64,000 nucleotides of DNA from Armatimonadota bacterium. Lineage in GTDB: Bacteria; Armatimonadota; SYMT01. Location: positions 592,342 through 656,341 of the forward strand of contig JAWLHY010000002.1 in assembly GCA_041690135.1 (NCBI GenBank). The letters are read 5' to 3'. The notes under the pieces were generated by a model. That model ran no database searches and had not been told where the DNA came from. It saw only the letters and a program-made list of their open reading frames with translations. Both the position numbers and the translations under genes were made by a program. Positions 1-9,671 of this stretch are shown piece after piece. How positions within the stretch are numbered: the first letter of the stretch is position 1; the number at the start of each line of letters is the position of its first letter.

Positions 1-771
1 GTCGAGACCGCGCCAATTCCAGAGTTGCATGTTGACCTGGCGCGGGCCGTCCTGGTGATACCCGGCCACGATCAGCCGGCCTCGTTCCCGGGTCAACTCG
101 GCGGAGAGATCGAGCGGCCACTGCTTGCCTACGCATTCGACCACCGTGTCGCAGAAGGTGCCACCGGTCAGGGATCGCACCTGCTCAATGATTTGCCAGT
201 GATCCTCCATCGGGATCGTCTCCGCTGCTCCCAGCGCCCGAGCCGTCGCCAGGGCGGAAGGCCGGCGGGTGATCGCGATGACGCGCGCTCCCGTCTGCGA
301 GGCCAGCCGGGTGAGCAGCGATCCCAGGAAGCCGATGCCGACTATCGCGATCGTTTGCCCCGGCCGGATTTCGCTGCGCCGGAAGATGTTCATCGCACAG
401 CCCAGCGGCTCGCCCGGGAAGGGACGGTCGTCCAACTCCGCGGGCAACGGCACCACCGCCTCGACCGGCGCCACATCATACTCCCCGTAGGCATGGTTCG
501 AGAGCATCGCCACCCGCTGACCCGCTTGGAACCGGGAGACGCCCGGACCGACGGCATCGATCCGGCCCCAGCCCTCGTGTCCGAGTTGGCCCGGTTCCAT
601 TGGATAACTGAACCACTCGCGGCCTTCCCACGGAGGAAGGTTGCTGGCGCAGACGCCGCAGCCTTCGAGGCGCACCCGCACCTCTCCGGTTCCCGGTTCG
701 GGAAGCGAGACCTCCCGCACTTCGAAGCGGCGAGGCTCGACCAGTACCGCCGCGCGCATGGAAGCGGTCAT
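1..771 (-). CDS. Zinc-binding (MDR family) dehydrogenase, 3' end outside the window
   Basis: Not in the ORF track because there is no stop in the window. Translated by hand from ATG 771, which overlaps the upstream stop (ATGA): MTASMRAAVLVEPRRFEV...GCGVCASN...GHEGWG...VGIGFLG. Shows the GHE motif and a GxGxxG Rossmann motif. Confidence 0.85.
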   Translation of the reverse strand, partial: MTASMRAAVLVEPRRFEVREVSLPEPGTGEVRVRLEGCGVCASNLPPWEGREWFSYPMEPGQLGHEGWGRIDAVGPGVSRFQAGQRVAMLSNHAYGEYDVAPVEAVVPLPAELDDRPFPGEPLGCAMNIFRRSEIRPGQTIAIVGIGFLGSLLTRLASQTGARVIAITRRPSALATARALGAAETIPMEDHWQIIEQVRSLTGGTFCDTVVECVGKQWPLDLSAELTRERGRLIVAGYHQDGPRQVNMQLWNWRGLD

Positions 772-2834
772 GCGGCCATCTCCCGGGTGGAGAGCAGCGC
801 CGTGCTTTGGAGCCACTCATAGAGGCGGCGGACACCCTGGCGGACGCCAACCCGCGGGTTCCAGCCGGTGGAGGCGCGAAACTTGGAGATGTCGGAGACG
901 TAATACCGCTGGTCACCGGGGCGCCATTCGGAGAAGTTCACCACCGGCTTCTTACCGTGAAGCTCCCGGATCATATCGATCAGTTCCACCAGGCTGGTGG
1001 TGTTGGCGGGACCGCCGCCGATGTTGAAAGCCTGGCCGGTGAGGGCGTCCATGTTAGCCTGCGCGAGCAGGAAGGCGTCCACCAGGTCCTCCACGAACAG
1101 CACGTCCCGCACCTGCATCCCGTCCCCATAGAGGGTGATGGGGTCACCCATCAGGGCGCGGATGAGGAAGTGCGCTACCCAGCCCTGGTCCTCGGTTCCG
1201 AACTGGTGGGGACCGTAGATGCAGCTCATGCGGAACACGACGGCGGGGAGGCCGAACGTGCGGGCGTAGTCGAGCACATACTGGTCCGCGGTGCCCTTGG
1301 AGCAGCCGTAGGGGCTGTGGAAGTCCAGCGGATGCTCCTCGCTGATCCCGCACATGCGCAGCCGGTAGTCGACGGGTTCGTAACGGGCGTCGTGGGCTCG
1401 GAATGGGACTTGCTCCAGGCCGCCGTACACTTTATTGGTGGAGGTCATGACCAGGGGCGGGGGGTTCTCGCAGGCTCGCATCGCCTCCAGCAGGTTAAGG
1501 GTGCCGCGCGCGTTGACTTCGAAGTCGTGCATTGGGTCCACGAGGCTAGTGGTCACCGCCACCTGGGCCGCGAAGTGGAACACCTGGCTGGCCCGCTGGA
1601 CGGCTCGCCGCAGGGCGAAGGCGTCCCGGACATCCGCGACCTCGATCTGGAGGCGGTCACCATGGGTGCTGCGCAGCCACTGGAGGTTACGTTCGACACC
1701 CGGCCGGGCCAGGTTGTCGTACACCAGCACCGGCTGCCCGGAGGTGAGCAGGCAGTGCGCGAGGTTGGTGCCGATGAAACCGGCGCCGCCGGTAATGAGC
1801 ACGGGCCGTTCCTCTCCCCGCAGGAGACGCGCCGATTCGCCCATCCAGGCTGCCTCCCGGACCGCCTTGGGCCCGCCGCTCGACCAGAGCCGGTACAGCA
1901 GCTTGGGACTTCCGTCGGCGCGTTTGAGCCCGAAGTGGTAATCCCGCTCGTCCAGGTGGGAACCGTCGACCGTCAGGAGGTCTTGCTGCAGGTCGCGCGC
2001 CCCATGCCAGTAGACCCGTGCCACGGGGGCCTCAAGCGCGTTGACGAACTCCCGGAGTTGGCGGCGCTCGTCGTGCCGCCAGGTGGAGTAGCCGGTCTGC
2101 GTGATCCAGATCTCCGCCTCGGAGCCCTGCTGCGCCAGGACCTCGCGGACCTTGGCCACGTTGGTCTCCCAGCCCTCCCAGGTGTACTCAAAGGTACCTG
2201 GGAACGCGTGGATACCGACCGCATCGATATACTGCATCACCCCGCGCTCGAACATCAGGCGGAGGAAGTGCGGGTCCACCGGCCCGAGCCCGGCCAGGAG
2301 AGTCTTCTTGCCGCGCTGTTTGGCCCAGTATGCGGCTCCGCCGACCATCTCGCTGAACAGCCACCACTCGGGGTCGAGCGTCACGTCCCAATCGCGAATG
2401 TTATTGGAAGAGTTCCAGAGCTCGACCCACTCGAAGTGCTCGCCGAACCGGCTCAGGAGGCTGTCCAGCCAGTCGGCATAGGCCTTCGGCTCCCGTGGCG
2501 GGGAGGAGCTCTTCGGCGCGATGCCGAGCGAGGGCGGCGTGTAGGCGAAGCAGGGGAGCAGGTTCACCTGACTTGCCAGACGCGGCAGGAGCCAGGAATA
2601 CCAGCCTTCCCCTTCCGGCGTGCACCAATCGGCCCAGGAAACCCCCGTGCGCAACTCGGTGACCCCCAGGGTTTCGAGGTCCGCGAGCACCTTTTCGACG
2701 CTCTCGTACTCGCCGGGGCGGAACCACTCCACCAGGCCGACAAGGGGAGTCTCCGGCTCGCCGGCGGGTTCGGCGCGCCGGGCGGCCTTCCGCTGCCGTT
2801 CGGTGAGCGGGCGGTTTCGGGGAGGTTTCTTCAT
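768..2834 (-). CDS. Fusion of a clan GH-A-like TIM-barrel domain and an NAD-dependent epimerase (CDP-paratose 2-epimerase-like)
   Basis: C-terminal half has ITGGAGFIG, STNKVYG, YGCSK and FRMSCIYGP. N-terminal ~330 aa resembles a GH39/GH5-type barrel (WVELWNSSNN, DAVGIHAFP, IWITQTGYS). ATGA overlaps with both neighbours. Confidence 0.85.
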   Translation of the reverse strand: MKKPPRNRPLTERQRKAARRAEPAGEPETPLVGLVEWFRPGEYESVEKVLADLETLGVTELRTGVSWADWCTPEGEGWYSWLLPRLASQVNLLPCFAYTPPSLGIAPKSSSPPREPKAYADWLDSLLSRFGEHFEWVELWNSSNNIRDWDVTLDPEWWLFSEMVGGAAYWAKQRGKKTLLAGLGPVDPHFLRLMFERGVMQYIDAVGIHAFPGTFEYTWEGWETNVAKVREVLAQQGSEAEIWITQTGYSTWRHDERRQLREFVNALEAPVARVYWHGARDLQQDLLTVDGSHLDERDYHFGLKRADGSPKLLYRLWSSGGPKAVREAAWMGESARLLRGEERPVLITGGAGFIGTNLAHCLLTSGQPVLVYDNLARPGVERNLQWLRSTHGDRLQIEVADVRDAFALRRAVQRASQVFHFAAQVAVTTSLVDPMHDFEVNARGTLNLLEAMRACENPPPLVMTSTNKVYGGLEQVPFRAHDARYEPVDYRLRMCGISEEHPLDFHSPYGCSKGTADQYVLDYARTFGLPAVVFRMSCIYGPHQFGTEDQGWVAHFLIRALMGDPITLYGDGMQVRDVLFVEDLVDAFLLAQANMDALTGQAFNIGGGPANTTSLVELIDMIRELHGKKPVVNFSEWRPGDQRYYVSDISKFRASTGWNPRVGVRQGVRRLYEWLQSTALLSTREMAA

Positions 2835-3949
2835 ACCGCCAACCCTCTGGCCGCGAGCTCGGCTCGGGCTTGCTCGACCCGGTCTTCGGCGACCTGGCTT
2901 TCCAACCAGGAGGCTAGCTCAACGAACCCTTCCTCCAACTCCACCTGTGGGCGATAGCCCAGAACGTGCTGTGCGTGGGTGATGTCCGGGAAGCAGTGGC
3001 GGATATCTCCCATCCGGTACTTGCCGGTGACCTCGGGCTGGAGGTGCTCCTTCCCCAGGGCATCCGCCATCCGGTGGGCCAGCCCCAGGATGGTCTGCGG
3101 ACGACCGCTGCCGACGTTGAACACCTCGCCGGCCGCCTCCGGCACTTCGAGAGCGAGGCGACAGGCCTGGGCAACGTCCTTCACACTGACGAAGTCTCGC
3201 TGCTGATAGCCATCCTCATTGATGAGCGGCGGCTTGTTGTTGAGGAACCGGGAACCGAAGATTGCCAGCACGCCGGTGTAGGGATTTGAGAGTGCCTGTC
3301 GCGTGCCGTAGACGTTGAAGAATCGCAGGCCAACGGTCGGTATCTGGTAGGCCCGACCCACGGTGAGGCACATTCGCTCCTGGTCGTACTTGCCGAGGGC
3401 ATAGACGGATGGAAGGGTAGGCTGTTTCCATTCGGGCGTGGGAAGCGGCTCCAGGGTCTCGCCCTTCTCGTTGCGGACCTCCCAATCGCGACGCTTCAAC
3501 TGTTCCAGCGTGCGCTCGGGACCCGGAACGAGCGCTCCGGACGGGTCGCGGTAGAGGCCTTCCCCATAAATGCTCATACTGGAGGCGACGATCAACCGCT
3601 CCACCGGCCGTTCGATCAACGCCTCCAGCAGCACCGCAGTCCCGAGATTGTTGATGCTGGTGTAGCGCTCGATCTCGTACATGCTCTGGCCCACGCCTAC
3701 GATCGCCGCGAAGTGGTAGACGGCGTCCACGCCCTGCAGGGCTTTCCGCACCGCCTCCGGGTCGCGGATATCGCCCCGGATCAACTCCACTTCACGATCC
3801 AGGTAGCCCGGCCGCGCGGCATCCGGACCGTGGACCTGCGGCGCGAGATTGTCCAGCGCCCGCACGCGGTAACCTTTCGCCAGCAACTCGTCCGCCAGGT
3901 GAGAGCCAATGAACCCGGCACCCCCGGTGATTAGAACATGCTTCTTCAT
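2831..3949 (-). CDS. NAD-dependent epimerase/dehydratase (extended SDR, NDP-sugar)
   Basis: VLITGGAGFIG, ASSMSIYGEG, YALGK (YxxxK), LRFFNVYG, RDFVSV. Confidence 0.92.
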   Translation of the reverse strand: MKKHVLITGGAGFIGSHLADELLAKGYRVRALDNLAPQVHGPDAARPGYLDREVELIRGDIRDPEAVRKALQGVDAVYHFAAIVGVGQSMYEIERYTSINNLGTAVLLEALIERPVERLIVASSMSIYGEGLYRDPSGALVPGPERTLEQLKRRDWEVRNEKGETLEPLPTPEWKQPTLPSVYALGKYDQERMCLTVGRAYQIPTVGLRFFNVYGTRQALSNPYTGVLAIFGSRFLNNKPPLINEDGYQQRDFVSVKDVAQACRLALEVPEAAGEVFNVGSGRPQTILGLAHRMADALGKEHLQPEVTGKYRMGDIRHCFPDITHAQHVLGYRPQVELEEGFVELASWLESQVAEDRVEQARAELAARGLAV

Positions 3950-4159
3950 CTTGTATGAATTTCTCGTGCACCCCCTCGGCCCGCGCAGCAGCCGAGTAGA
4001 TCCTGAGCACGTTTAGCAAGTTCCCCCGGCCTGGGAGAGGTAAACCCGTCTTTGCCTCAAGCGGCACTCCGGCCCCCTTCCCGCCCGGCGACGGAGCAGG
4101 TCGAGATAGCAGGGAGAGTGGAGAGTGCGCTGACTTTAGCGGGTACGGTGACCCGGGTA

Positions 4160-4470
4160 ACCTCACCCCCGCCACCCACTTCGTGGGTACCCGGCTCTCC
4201 GACGCAGAGAGGGGGAATCCTTGCCGATTACGGAGTGATTCTTACGGTTGCTGACTACCGTTTTTGAGACTGTGCTGCCGTAAGTTAACGCACATGGGGG
4301 AGAGGGGAGGATGCGAGGGTGGAGGGTTCGCCAAGGTGTCAAGCGACCTGTTTCGCTCTCGCGGTACACGTACCACGAGTTGCTCTATAGGAGCGCGGAC
4401 GTCCCGTCCGCCGGTGGGTGCGACCTTGAGCCCTTTCGGCCCCCCGTCCCCCAATCCTGGGGAGGAACCG
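4160..4470. repeat. Cluster of REP-like short palindromic elements in an intergenic spacer
   Basis: cctcacccc...ctctcc...gagaggggg (about 4161-4215), gcggacgtcccgtccgc (about 4395-4411) and ccccaatcctgggg (about 4449-4462) are short GC stem-loops in non-coding DNA. Confidence 0.4.
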
Positions 4471-4637
4471 GCGCCACACCGACCAGCGAGGCCAGCAGAC
4501 AGGCGAATGAGGACCTGGTTTTGCGTATTGCAGTTCGAGCGGGCGGGGTACAACTCTGCTGCTGCGGCAGAAGTTGATGGAGCGCGGTGGGCGCGGATCG
4601 GTCGAGGGTGGGTGACCGGCGAGGGAAAGGACAGGGA

Positions 4638-5192
4638 ATGGTGAGGCGCATCAGCCGGCGGCCGGAACCGATGGTTACGGGAATCGTGACGCGTAATATC
4701 CGCGCACTCCTGGAAGTACGCAGCGAGGAAGCCTCGCACGCGACCCGCGAGACACGGATCGCCGATGCAATCACGCGTTTCGCCGGCAGCATGCGATTCG
4801 TATACGCGCACGCGCTGCTGTTCGGGGGGTGGATTCTGCTGAACCTGGGGCTGATTTCCGGGATCCGGCCATGGGACCCGTTCCCCTTCGTGATGCTGGC
4901 GATGTTCGCCTCAGTGGAGGCGATCTTCCTGTCGACGTTCGTCCTGATTAGCCAGAACCGGATGTCCGCCGCGGCGGAGCGGCGGGCGGAACTAGACCTG
5001 CAGGTCAGTTTGCTGTCGGAACACGAAGTCACTCGCCTGATCCAGATGGTGGATGCGCTCTGTACGCACCTGCAGGTGAATGTGGAACGACCGCCCGACG
5101 TGGAGGAATTGAAGCAGGACGTCCGCCCCGAGGTAGTGATTCACGAAATCGAGGCGGCCGAGGCACGGGAACGGAATCGGGAGGCAGCGTAG
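4638..5192 (+). CDS. DUF1003 family membrane protein
   Basis: RIADAITRFAGSMRF...WDPFPF...SVEAIFLSTFVLISQNR...LDLQVSLLSEHE pattern. ATG 4638 follows a purine-rich RBS. Confidence 0.88.
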   Translation: MVRRISRRPEPMVTGIVTRNIRALLEVRSEEASHATRETRIADAITRFAGSMRFVYAHALLFGGWILLNLGLISGIRPWDPFPFVMLAMFASVEAIFLSTFVLISQNRMSAAAERRAELDLQVSLLSEHEVTRLIQMVDALCTHLQVNVERPPDVEELKQDVRPEVVIHEIEAAEARERNREAA

Positions 5193-5198
5193 GAGAGC

Positions 5199-5301
5199 GG
5201 GTGTTCAGGTAGTCAGGTGTGCGGGTGTTCAGGTGTTCAGGCGTGCGGGTGTGCGGGCCCTCCTGTGGGGGGACGTTCAGGCGCGCGGGTGTTCAGGTTC
5301 G
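5199..5301. repeat. Degenerate octamer tandem repeat (GGTGTTCA/GGTGTGCG)n
   Basis: gggtgttcaggtagtcaggtgtgcgggtgttcaggtgttcaggcgtgcgggtgtgcggg, directly after the DUF1003 stop. Confidence 0.8.
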
Positions 5302-5490
5302 GTTGATCGGCTGCAGTTGGACTGCAGCCGCCGGGTACCCGGAACGGGTGGCTCGTGCGCAGTTGCACTGCGCCGTTCCCGATTTGGTGCCGGTACTGGC
5401 GATCCGGGTGATCCGCGACGGCTGCGGACCAGAGTCCTCCGGAGTGCAACCCGTACGGGCGTATGCCGGCCCGCGATTGATTTTCATGTA

Positions 5491-6717
5491 CTACTCCGCC
5501 ACTCCTCCGGAAAGTGTGCCGGTGGCCCGCAAGCGGTCGGCGAACTCCGGGGGATCGGATTCGCGGATGACCACGTCCGGAGTCCCGTGCCAGGCGGCGC
5601 AGGACTGGAGGGTGGAGGCGAGCTCCGTCGCCAGTGCATCCGTGATTGCCACGCCGGGTTCCAGGTGAAGCCGGCGGATCTCAAAGAGGCCCTCCTGCCG
5701 GTGCGCCTTGGGGCAGAGGCGGCCGACGAGTGCCCCGCGGTGGAGGATGGGGAGCGTAAAGTAGCCGTAGCGACGCTTCTCGGCGGGCGTATACACTTCG
5801 ATGCGGTAGTCGAAGCCGAACAGCTCCGAAGCGCGGGCGCGGTCCCACACCACCGGATCGAAGGGGGACAGCAGCGTGGTGACCTCCGAGCGCAGTTCTT
5901 CGGCGGTGGCCGCTTCCGCTGCGTGCCAGTGGTCCGGGTGGACGTAGGCCGGCTCCGGGCCCAGGTCGGGAACGTCGACGGCGAGCAGTTCCCCTTCCTC
6001 CGCCAGGCGAGCCAGGCGGGCGGGCATTCCCCGCTTCGAGCGCCGGAAGTAGTCCGGCACCCACCGGGCGGGAGCCACCCCCAGGGCGTGAACCGTCTTC
6101 AGCGCCAGGGTACGCTCGATTTCCTCTTCCGTGAGAAGATCGGTGTCACTCCAGCCCGGCAGCACCCGCTCTTGGAGATCGTAGACTCGCTGGAAGTTCT
6201 CCCGCCGCGCGATCATCACTTCACCGCCGTCAAAGAGCTCCTCGAGAGCCACCTTTTCGGGCTTGCGATCCCACCATGCGCCGGCACGGCCGTCGGTCCG
6301 CTCGAACTCCGCGGCCCGGACCGTTCCGTCGCGCCGGATCCGTTCCAGCACGCGTTCCCCGACTTCCCCGTGCTGCCGTAACCACCCTTCCTGGCGAGAC
6401 TGGTTTCGGCGCCGGAGCATCGCGGGCCGGTAGAGTGGAAAATCTTCGATCGGAAGAAAGCAGGCAGCATGCGACCAGTATTCAAACAGCGCTCCCTCCG
6501 CCAGGAGATCATCGAGCCAGCGCGGTTCGTAGGCGCCCAGCCGGCTCCAGAGCACCAGCAGATGGCTTCGAGCGACAACGTGGATCGTGTCGATCTGCAG
6601 GGCTCCCATGCGGCGGATGCAGTGGAGCACGTCCGCCTTGGAGGCGGGGGATGGCGGCCGGTTCAACCCCTGGGCCGAAAGGTGGAGGGCGCGAGCGCCG
6701 GAAAGGGAGAGTTGCAT
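5491..6717 (-). CDS. ycaQ: YcaQ/AlkZ (HTH_42) family interstrand-crosslink DNA glycosylase
   Basis: LQIDTIHVVARSH (QxD motif), LFEYWSHAAC, LLSPFDPVVWDR, FDYRIEVYTP..KRRYGYF. Start placed at MQLSLS (ATG 6717). Confidence 0.9.
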   Translation of the reverse strand: MQLSLSGARALHLSAQGLNRPPSPASKADVLHCIRRMGALQIDTIHVVARSHLLVLWSRLGAYEPRWLDDLLAEGALFEYWSHAACFLPIEDFPLYRPAMLRRRNQSRQEGWLRQHGEVGERVLERIRRDGTVRAAEFERTDGRAGAWWDRKPEKVALEELFDGGEVMIARRENFQRVYDLQERVLPGWSDTDLLTEEEIERTLALKTVHALGVAPARWVPDYFRRSKRGMPARLARLAEEGELLAVDVPDLGPEPAYVHPDHWHAAEAATAEELRSEVTTLLSPFDPVVWDRARASELFGFDYRIEVYTPAEKRRYGYFTLPILHRGALVGRLCPKAHRQEGLFEIRRLHLEPGVAITDALATELASTLQSCAAWHGTPDVVIRESDPPEFADRLRATGTLSGGVAE

Positions 6718-6920
6718 GGCTGAACGCTTGTTTGATATTGCAGGGCATTTATCCTCCGTTCCGGCTGTGGTGCGGGCCATAGGCGGGTGGGATTGCGGCT
6801 CACCGGGGGACTGCCGCCAACATCACTTACCACCTGTGGGCCGGTCGATCCGGCGGTCGTCCATCCGGACCGATACCTGTAGTAACAACGGAACGGTCTA
6901 CGAATGAAGGAGAGACGGCG

Positions 6921-7121
6921 ATGCGGAACCTGTTCTTGATCCTGACGGCGGGCCTGGGTGCGTGGTGGATGGCGGCGCAGGCCCTGCAGTTGGGCGGCGG
7001 GCTGGTGGAGCACGCCACCACTGTTAATCCGTTGAGCGGTTTGATGATTGCCCCGGCGGTACTGTTTGGAGCGCTCGTCGGAGCGATGTTGGGGGCCCTT
7101 GCTTATCCGTCGGCCCGGTGA
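6921..7121 (+). CDS. Small two-TM membrane protein, 66 aa
   Basis: Strong RBS (gaaggagag), two hydrophobic helices and GC-typical codon use. Confidence 0.6.
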   Translation: MRNLFLILTAGLGAWWMAAQALQLGGGLVEHATTVNPLSGLMIAPAVLFGALVGAMLGALAYPSAR

Positions 7122-7262
7122 ATGGGGACGACATGGTCGTCCTCGACACTCTCATGGCGCCTACTGATTCGGAGTACGGGGCCTCCTAACAGGAGCCCTT
7201 CCGTTTGCCGATAAAGGAAGGGGGAGGTCCTCGCCCGATCGGCCCCGCTCGATTCAGAATGT

Positions 7263-9110
7263 ATGAGGACCTCCGACCAAAGCTTTGGCGCGCGCTGGCG
7301 TGATGCCCTCCAGGTGCGGCTCACCATGCTCCGGCTGGCCTTCCGCCTGGTGTGGGAAGCCGCGCCGGGGTGGGCCGTGGCCGGCATCGCCCTGACGGTG
7401 GTGCAGAGCCTTTTGCCATTGCTGCAGCTGTCGCTCGGCAAGCAGGTGATCGATGCCATCGTCGCGGGCGCCCAGTTGGGCGACCGGGGAGAGGCATGGC
7501 GCGGGGTGTTTCCGCCCCTAGTGCTGGCGGCAGTAGTGATGCTGGTCGACTCCCTCTGTCGGTCGGTAGCCGGTTACGTGGGCGAGGTGCAGGCCGAGCG
7601 GATCGACGACCATGCCCAGGAGATCCTGCAGCGCCAGGCGGCCGCCGTGGACCTGGCGTGTTACGAGAATCCGGACTACCACGACCGGTTGCACCGCGCG
7701 CAGCGGGATAGCGCCTACCGGCCGGTCCGCATCCTGAGCTCGGTGATGCAACTGCTGCGGGGGGGCGTCACCCTGCTGGCGATGGTCGGGCTCCTCGTTT
7801 CCCTGCACCCCCTGGTGGCGGCGCTCGTCTTCCTCGCTGCCGTTCCGGGCGTGGTGGTCCGGCTGGTTTACGCAGGCAGCTACTATCGCTGGCAGCGGGC
7901 TAGCACCCCACTCCTGCGGCGGGCGGATTACCTCCGCGACCTCCTGTTCGCGGCTACTCACGCCAAGGAGCTGCGCCTGTTCGGCCTGGCGCCCTCCTTC
8001 CGGGAACAGTACCGGGAACTGCGTGCCACACTGCGTGACGGCCGGCTCGCGCTGACGGCACGGCGGGCACTGCGGGAGTTCCTGACCCAGGCGATGGCCA
8101 TCCTCGCCCAGTTCGGGGTGCTGGCGTTCGCGGCCTGGATGGCCGTGGGCGGTCGCATCACGTTGGGGGCGCTGGTGATGTACGAGCAGGCGTATCAGCG
8201 AGCGCAGGGAGCGTTCCAGAACCTGATCGGCGCGTTCGCCGCCCTCTACGAAGATAGTCTCTACCTCACCCATCTCTACGACTTTCTCGCCATCAAGCCG
8301 CTGGTGCAGGACCCGGCAGATCCACAGCCTTTCCCCCGGCCGCTGCGCCGGGGTGTCGAGTTCGGGAGCGTGAGCTTCGGCTACCCCGGTGAGGACCGCC
8401 AGGCCCTTTCGGACGTGTCGCTGGAGATCCCGGCCGGCGCCACGGTGGCGCTGGTCGGCGCCAACGGGTCGGGGAAGACCACCCTCACCAAGCTCCTCTG
8501 CCGGTTCTACGACCCGGTGGAGGGGAGTATCCGGATCGATGGAACCGACCTGCGCGACTTTTCTCAGGAAGACCTGCGCCGGGCCATCGCGGTGGTGCTG
8601 CAGGACTTCGCCCGTTACCACCTGACGGTGGAGGAGAACATCGCCCTGGGAGCCCGCGAGGAGAACCCGAGACCGGAAAGGGTCACGGAAGCGGCGCGCC
8701 TGGCAGGAGTACACCCGGTGGTAGAGCGCCTGCCCCAGGGGTACGCCACCCTGCTGGGGCGCCTGTTCGAGGGGGGCCTGGAACTGAGCGTGGGAGAGTG
8801 GCAGCAACTGGCCGCGGCCCGGGCCTTCCTCCGGGATGCGCCGATCCTCATCCTGGACGAGCCGACCAGCGCGCTCGACCCGGCAGCGGAAGCGGATTTC
8901 CTGGCTTCCCTGCGAGAGTTGCGACAGGGGCGGACGACCCTGCTGATCAGTCACCGCCTTTCCACCGTGCGCGAAGTGGACCGGATCTTCGTCCTGGACG
9001 GCGGCCGGGTAGCGGAAGCGGGCACCCACGCGGAGTTGCTGGCGCACGATGGTCTGTATGCCCGTCTCTATCGCGCGCAGGCAGACCTCTACCAGAGCTT
9101 CGCAGATTAG
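7263..9110 (+). CDS. ABC exporter with fused TMD and NBD, peptide/RiPP-exporter-like subfamily
   Basis: Six-TM N-terminal half, Walker A GANGSGKT, signature variant LSVGEWQQ, Walker B ILILDEPT, ISHR switch and AKELRLFG motif. Confidence 0.92.
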   Translation: MRTSDQSFGARWRDALQVRLTMLRLAFRLVWEAAPGWAVAGIALTVVQSLLPLLQLSLGKQVIDAIVAGAQLGDRGEAWRGVFPPLVLAAVVMLVDSLCRSVAGYVGEVQAERIDDHAQEILQRQAAAVDLACYENPDYHDRLHRAQRDSAYRPVRILSSVMQLLRGGVTLLAMVGLLVSLHPLVAALVFLAAVPGVVVRLVYAGSYYRWQRASTPLLRRADYLRDLLFAATHAKELRLFGLAPSFREQYRELRATLRDGRLALTARRALREFLTQAMAILAQFGVLAFAAWMAVGGRITLGALVMYEQAYQRAQGAFQNLIGAFAALYEDSLYLTHLYDFLAIKPLVQDPADPQPFPRPLRRGVEFGSVSFGYPGEDRQALSDVSLEIPAGATVALVGANGSGKTTLTKLLCRFYDPVEGSIRIDGTDLRDFSQEDLRRAIAVVLQDFARYHLTVEENIALGAREENPRPERVTEAARLAGVHPVVERLPQGYATLLGRLFEGGLELSVGEWQQLAAARAFLRDAPILILDEPTSALDPAAEADFLASLRELRQGRTTLLISHRLSTVREVDRIFVLDGGRVAEAGTHAELLAHDGLYARLYRAQADLYQSFAD

Positions 9111-9158
9111 GATGAGGATGAAGATAAGGATAAGGAGTTCGGTTACGAGACAGTATCT

Positions 9159-9560
9159 CTAACCAAGAGACCTGCCGCTCCTATGCCGGCTGCGGCAATC
9201 CCCCTGGTGAATGGACCGAGCGACTGGAGACGGATGTGGATGTCGGGACTCCGGGCAAGACTGGGGTGCTGTCCGGTCGTCCCACGACCAGATGCCTGTT
9301 GCCAGGATGCTGCCGCTCCGCATTGGAACCGGTGCCCTGCCCTAACCAGGGGACCTGCCACGCGCGCCCGGCGAAGTTAGGGTCGGGTACCGGGGTTCAG
9401 GTCCAGGGTGGCTGTGCTCCGGCAGTGTGGAGGCGGCGAGCGGTTTGGCAGGAGGTTGCCACGCCCGTGTGAGGACCGCTTCCCTAACCAGGGGGCCTGC
9501 CACGTCGGGTACCGGGGTTCAGATTCAATGTGGCTGTGCTCCGCCAGTGTGGCGGTGCCG
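9159..9560. repeat. Degenerate direct repeats: three copies of ctaaccaRgRgRcctgcc, two extending to ~80-100 bp
   Basis: Copies start at 9159, 9342 and 9484. Copies 2 and 3 also share gtcgggtaccggggttcag and gtggctgtgctccg.cagtgtgg. Confidence 0.8.
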
Positions 9561-9601
9561 GTCTGTGAAGTCGGCTGGGTCTCCCCCTCCTCGCAGTGAC
9601 T

Positions 9602-9640
9602 GATTATGATATTTTATTATATGAATGATATAATACACTA
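9602..9640 (+). promoter_or_regulatory. AT-rich tract with an extended -10 element (TGnTATAAT)
   Basis: tgatataat at 9626-9634 within a ~40-bp almost pure AT tract, about 37 bp upstream of ATG 9672. Confidence 0.6.
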
Positions 9641-9671
9641 ATCCGGCCAGGCAGCATCTCAATTACGAATT

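Noticed and set aside
807-2957. Long antisense ORFs (e.g. 807..2957, 7518..9047, 12289..13326, 45440..47137, 47677..48987, 58509..59948)
   Set aside because: They are shadows of real genes caused by high GC3 and carry no family motifs.
9141-9162. ttacgagacagtatctctaa, resembling an IS5-family terminal repeat
   Set aside because: No partner inverted repeat or transposase fragment nearby.
9159-9560. Possible CRISPR array
   Set aside because: Only three degenerate copies with uneven 140-180 bp spacing, similar sequence between copies, and no cas genes.
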